From positions 34,471 to 98,470 of the forward strand of contig JARLHE010000040.1 of assembly GCA_031292385.1 (NCBI GenBank): a stretch of 64,000 bases of DNA. Direction: 5' to 3'. This document shows, one piece after another, positions 62,071 through 64,000 of the stretch. Numbering within the stretch: the stretch's first letter is position 1; the number at the start of each line of letters is the position of its first letter. The DNA comes from Oligoflexia bacterium (GTDB taxonomy: Bacteria > Bdellovibrionota > UBA1018). The translations under genes and the position numbers were made by a program. Below the pieces are notes generated by a model, which saw only the letters and a list, made by a program, of their open reading frames with translations, did no database searches and was not told where the DNA came from.

Positions 62071-63983
62071 GGCGAAAGCCCTTGGGTGCCCTGAGCCTGA
62101 GATTGAGCTTGAGAGGTCGGGCTTCGCAGCATCAGCAATGCGCGGTACTCTCGCACGCGTTCGTTTCGGTAGTCATCCGGTATACCGAGTGCGAGAAAAT
62201 CGTCCCTTCGCGCCGGATGAACGATGATTTCGGCTTCCGGATGCAGCGCGAGGCTGGCCCTGAACTTACCGAGATCCCTGAAGTGAGCGGGTCTTGGATA
62301 AAAACACGGAAAGGATTCGAACCCGTTTCTCTTCAATCGCGAGCGGGCGATCAGCGAGAGAATATTGAGCGGAAAAAGGCCGCTCAGCCAGAGCGCGGGA
62401 TCGTAGGGGAGGCGCACGCGCCGGATGCCCGCGGACTTGAGCTCCGATGCGACAGCGTCCATGATGCCGGGGACGAGGTGGATGTGGTGATGGCCGTCCA
62501 GATAGACCGGTTGAACTCCCGCTTCGCGCAGGATGTCGATCTGTCGGCGAAGTTCTTGGGCGGTGGCCTGTTTCATTCGGTCATCGCGCTTCGGTCCGCA
62601 CCAGGCAAAAAAGACTTCCCGCGGGCGCGCCTTGCCGAAGGTCAAATCAAAATGAAGCCCGAGCTCGAGTCCGGGAATTTCCTGGAGCTCTTTGAGCTGA
62701 TGGGAAAGGTAGCGGGCTCGCGCCATCATCGAAACCCGATGAATGATCCCGGCGCGCGCGAGGTCCAGAATACCTTGGTTGACCTCGGGGGACATTCCCC
62801 AGTCGTCCGCCGTGAAGCGGCGAGAGATGATGCGGGTCGGATCGTAAAACCCCCGACGGTAGCGCCAGGCAAGCACCGGAAGGCCCAGAAGGATGCTGAG
62901 GGTTTCCCAAAGCATCAATGAAGGCGTCTTTTCAGTCGCCAGATAAAGGGCTACCGGTAAATCGATCTCGCGCTGGTGATGGGTTTTGGCGACGATGGAG
63001 ATCTCAAGGTCGAATAGGAAATCCTTCGAGCTTTGTAATATAAAAGCTTCTTCCGCCAAATTCCGATCCAAGACCAGCATGCCCGAATGGGTGTCGGTCG
63101 TGGCGACTGGCAGGAAGGTCCTGACGATTCGATTGAAGATCAGGCCCAGTCGATGGCGGCGATAGACGAGCCGGAGCAGCCGAACCGGGATCCGAAACCG
63201 GCTCTCCGCATGACGTCGGTTGCCGCGAACCAGGTAAATCGGGTCCGGAGCGGAGCGAGATTGCTCCATCGCTCGCAGCGCCGCGATGAAAAAAGCCGGA
63301 TCGCAGGGTTGGTGCGCGGGTAAAATCAAAATCCTCTCGCCGCGGGAGCGCAAAAAGGCCTGCCGCAGGGTCAATGAATGATTGAGCTGTGTTGGGCCGC
63401 ATTCAGCGAATTTCCAGCTGTTTTTCTTCGCGGCCGCCGCTAGTTCGATGCAAGCCGGATGGGCGGTGCTTACGCGATCGCCGTAGGGCTCGAGAAAGAT
63501 CTCCACTGCGCTATCGGATTGAAAATGCGTTTTCAGCAGGCGATGCGCCTCTTCCACGACCTGTGCGACCAGTCGCGAGTCGAGTTCGCGGCCCGCGAAA
63601 ACAGGAACGGGCACGATCAGACTGACCGCGCAGCGTTTGAAGGAGGAGTGGGACGCCTGTTCCGGCGCCCAGGGCTCCGGTCGCTGATCGCCGAGTAAAA
63701 GCGGCAAAAGCTTGGCAAAGCGCGATGGGCGGGAGTGATGAAACGCGTTTCTGAAGACCGCGGCACCCAGGATCAAAGTCGCGAGAAGCGGAATGGAGGC
63801 CTTTTGTGAGCCAAAAAACAGTGTGTCGCCTACTAGATCCTTGCCCGCGAGAGACAGGGTGGCGACGCCAAAGACCAGCGCGAACGTGGTCAGGCGCGTG
63901 TTTCTTCTGGCATTGACGTCCGCGAGCAGAAGCGCCACCGGAAGCGCGAGCAAAGTGAGCGTGTATTTAAAGGTTTCGGGCAT
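62064..63983 (-). CDS. fusion protein: N-terminal TM + GT2-like glycosyltransferase + C-terminal YdjC-like carbohydrate deacetylase
   Basis: SLIVPV...D..L GT-A start; the C-terminal FTADDWGMSPEVNQGI...GLHFDLT resembles the YdjC/ChbG family. Confidence 0.6.
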   Translation of the reverse strand: MPETFKYTLTLLALPVALLLADVNARRNTRLTTFALVFGVATLSLAGKDLVGDTLFFGSQKASIPLLATLILGAAVFRNAFHHSRPSRFAKLLPLLLGDQRPEPWAPEQASHSSFKRCAVSLIVPVPVFAGRELDSRLVAQVVEEAHRLLKTHFQSDSAVEIFLEPYGDRVSTAHPACIELAAAAKKNSWKFAECGPTQLNHSLTLRQAFLRSRGERILILPAHQPCDPAFFIAALRAMEQSRSAPDPIYLVRGNRRHAESRFRIPVRLLRLVYRRHRLGLIFNRIVRTFLPVATTDTHSGMLVLDRNLAEEAFILQSSKDFLFDLEISIVAKTHHQREIDLPVALYLATEKTPSLMLWETLSILLGLPVLAWRYRRGFYDPTRIISRRFTADDWGMSPEVNQGILDLARAGIIHRVSMMARARYLSHQLKELQEIPGLELGLHFDLTFGKARPREVFFAWCGPKRDDRMKQATAQELRRQIDILREAGVQPVYLDGHHHIHLVPGIMDAVASELKSAGIRRVRLPYDPALWLSGLFPLNILSLIARSRLKRNGFESFPCFYPRPAHFRDLGKFRASLALHPEAEIIVHPARRDDFLALGIPDDYRNERVREYRALLMLRSPTSQAQSQAQGTQGLSPC

Positions 63984-64000
63984 GACCCAAAGATAGGGAA

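Noticed and set aside
1-64000. Looked for CRISPR arrays, an intact integrase or transposase, rRNA and prophage structural genes
   Set aside because: I found no short regularly spaced repeats and no recombinase or transposase catalytic motifs (only the 58-codon HTH fragment at 22338). The only tandem repeats are intragenic (the 378-bp adhesin units, and short GPAGG and ASGR codon repeats in tsaC and the GT39 gene).

Overview
This is a 64-kb chromosomal segment from a high-GC (about 58-60% by eye) diderm bacterium. The gene content suggests a deltaproteobacteria-like lineage (Bdellovibrionota or Myxococcota type): several class III adenylate cyclases including CHASE2 and HAMP architectures, PilZ and HD-GYP proteins, YtcA-MdtNOP-like efflux, and ComEC. 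The lineage cannot be assigned from sequence alone. Housekeeping genes include the rib operon (ribD-ribE-ribBA-ribH), murF, tsaC/sua5, map, tyrS, metF, trmB, and a RluA/RlmI-like/RluA cluster. They are interleaved with signalling genes and several accessory patches. (1) An RNA-repair locus: DUF488, an exact sigma54 -24/-12 motif, then archease, DUF2784, RtcB and ThpR. (2) A YtcA/MdtN/MdtO/MdtP-like efflux operon. (3) A PCMH-like flavocytochrome c operon (cytochrome c, PchX-like TAT protein, VAO-type flavoprotein, SDR). (4) A 1139-aa surface protein with an ice-binding-like (DUF3494) head and 378-bp tandem DUF11 repeats, preceded by a Cys-rich secreted protein. (5) A low-GC scar region beside tRNA-Arg(TCG) holding three direct copies of the tRNA 3' end, an IS-type HTH gene fragment with an in-frame stop, and a small secreted-protein gene broken at an A6 tract. 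(6) tRNA-Leu(TAA) followed by an AT-rich spacer and a block of secreted proteins, including two tandem paralogous ~550-aa lipoproteins with one conserved CxxCH motif. (7) A GT39-like gene and a GT2+YdjC fusion gene at the 3' end. I found no CRISPR array, no intact integrase or transposase, and no rRNA. All calls rest on reading the six-frame track and raw sequence; no searches were run.
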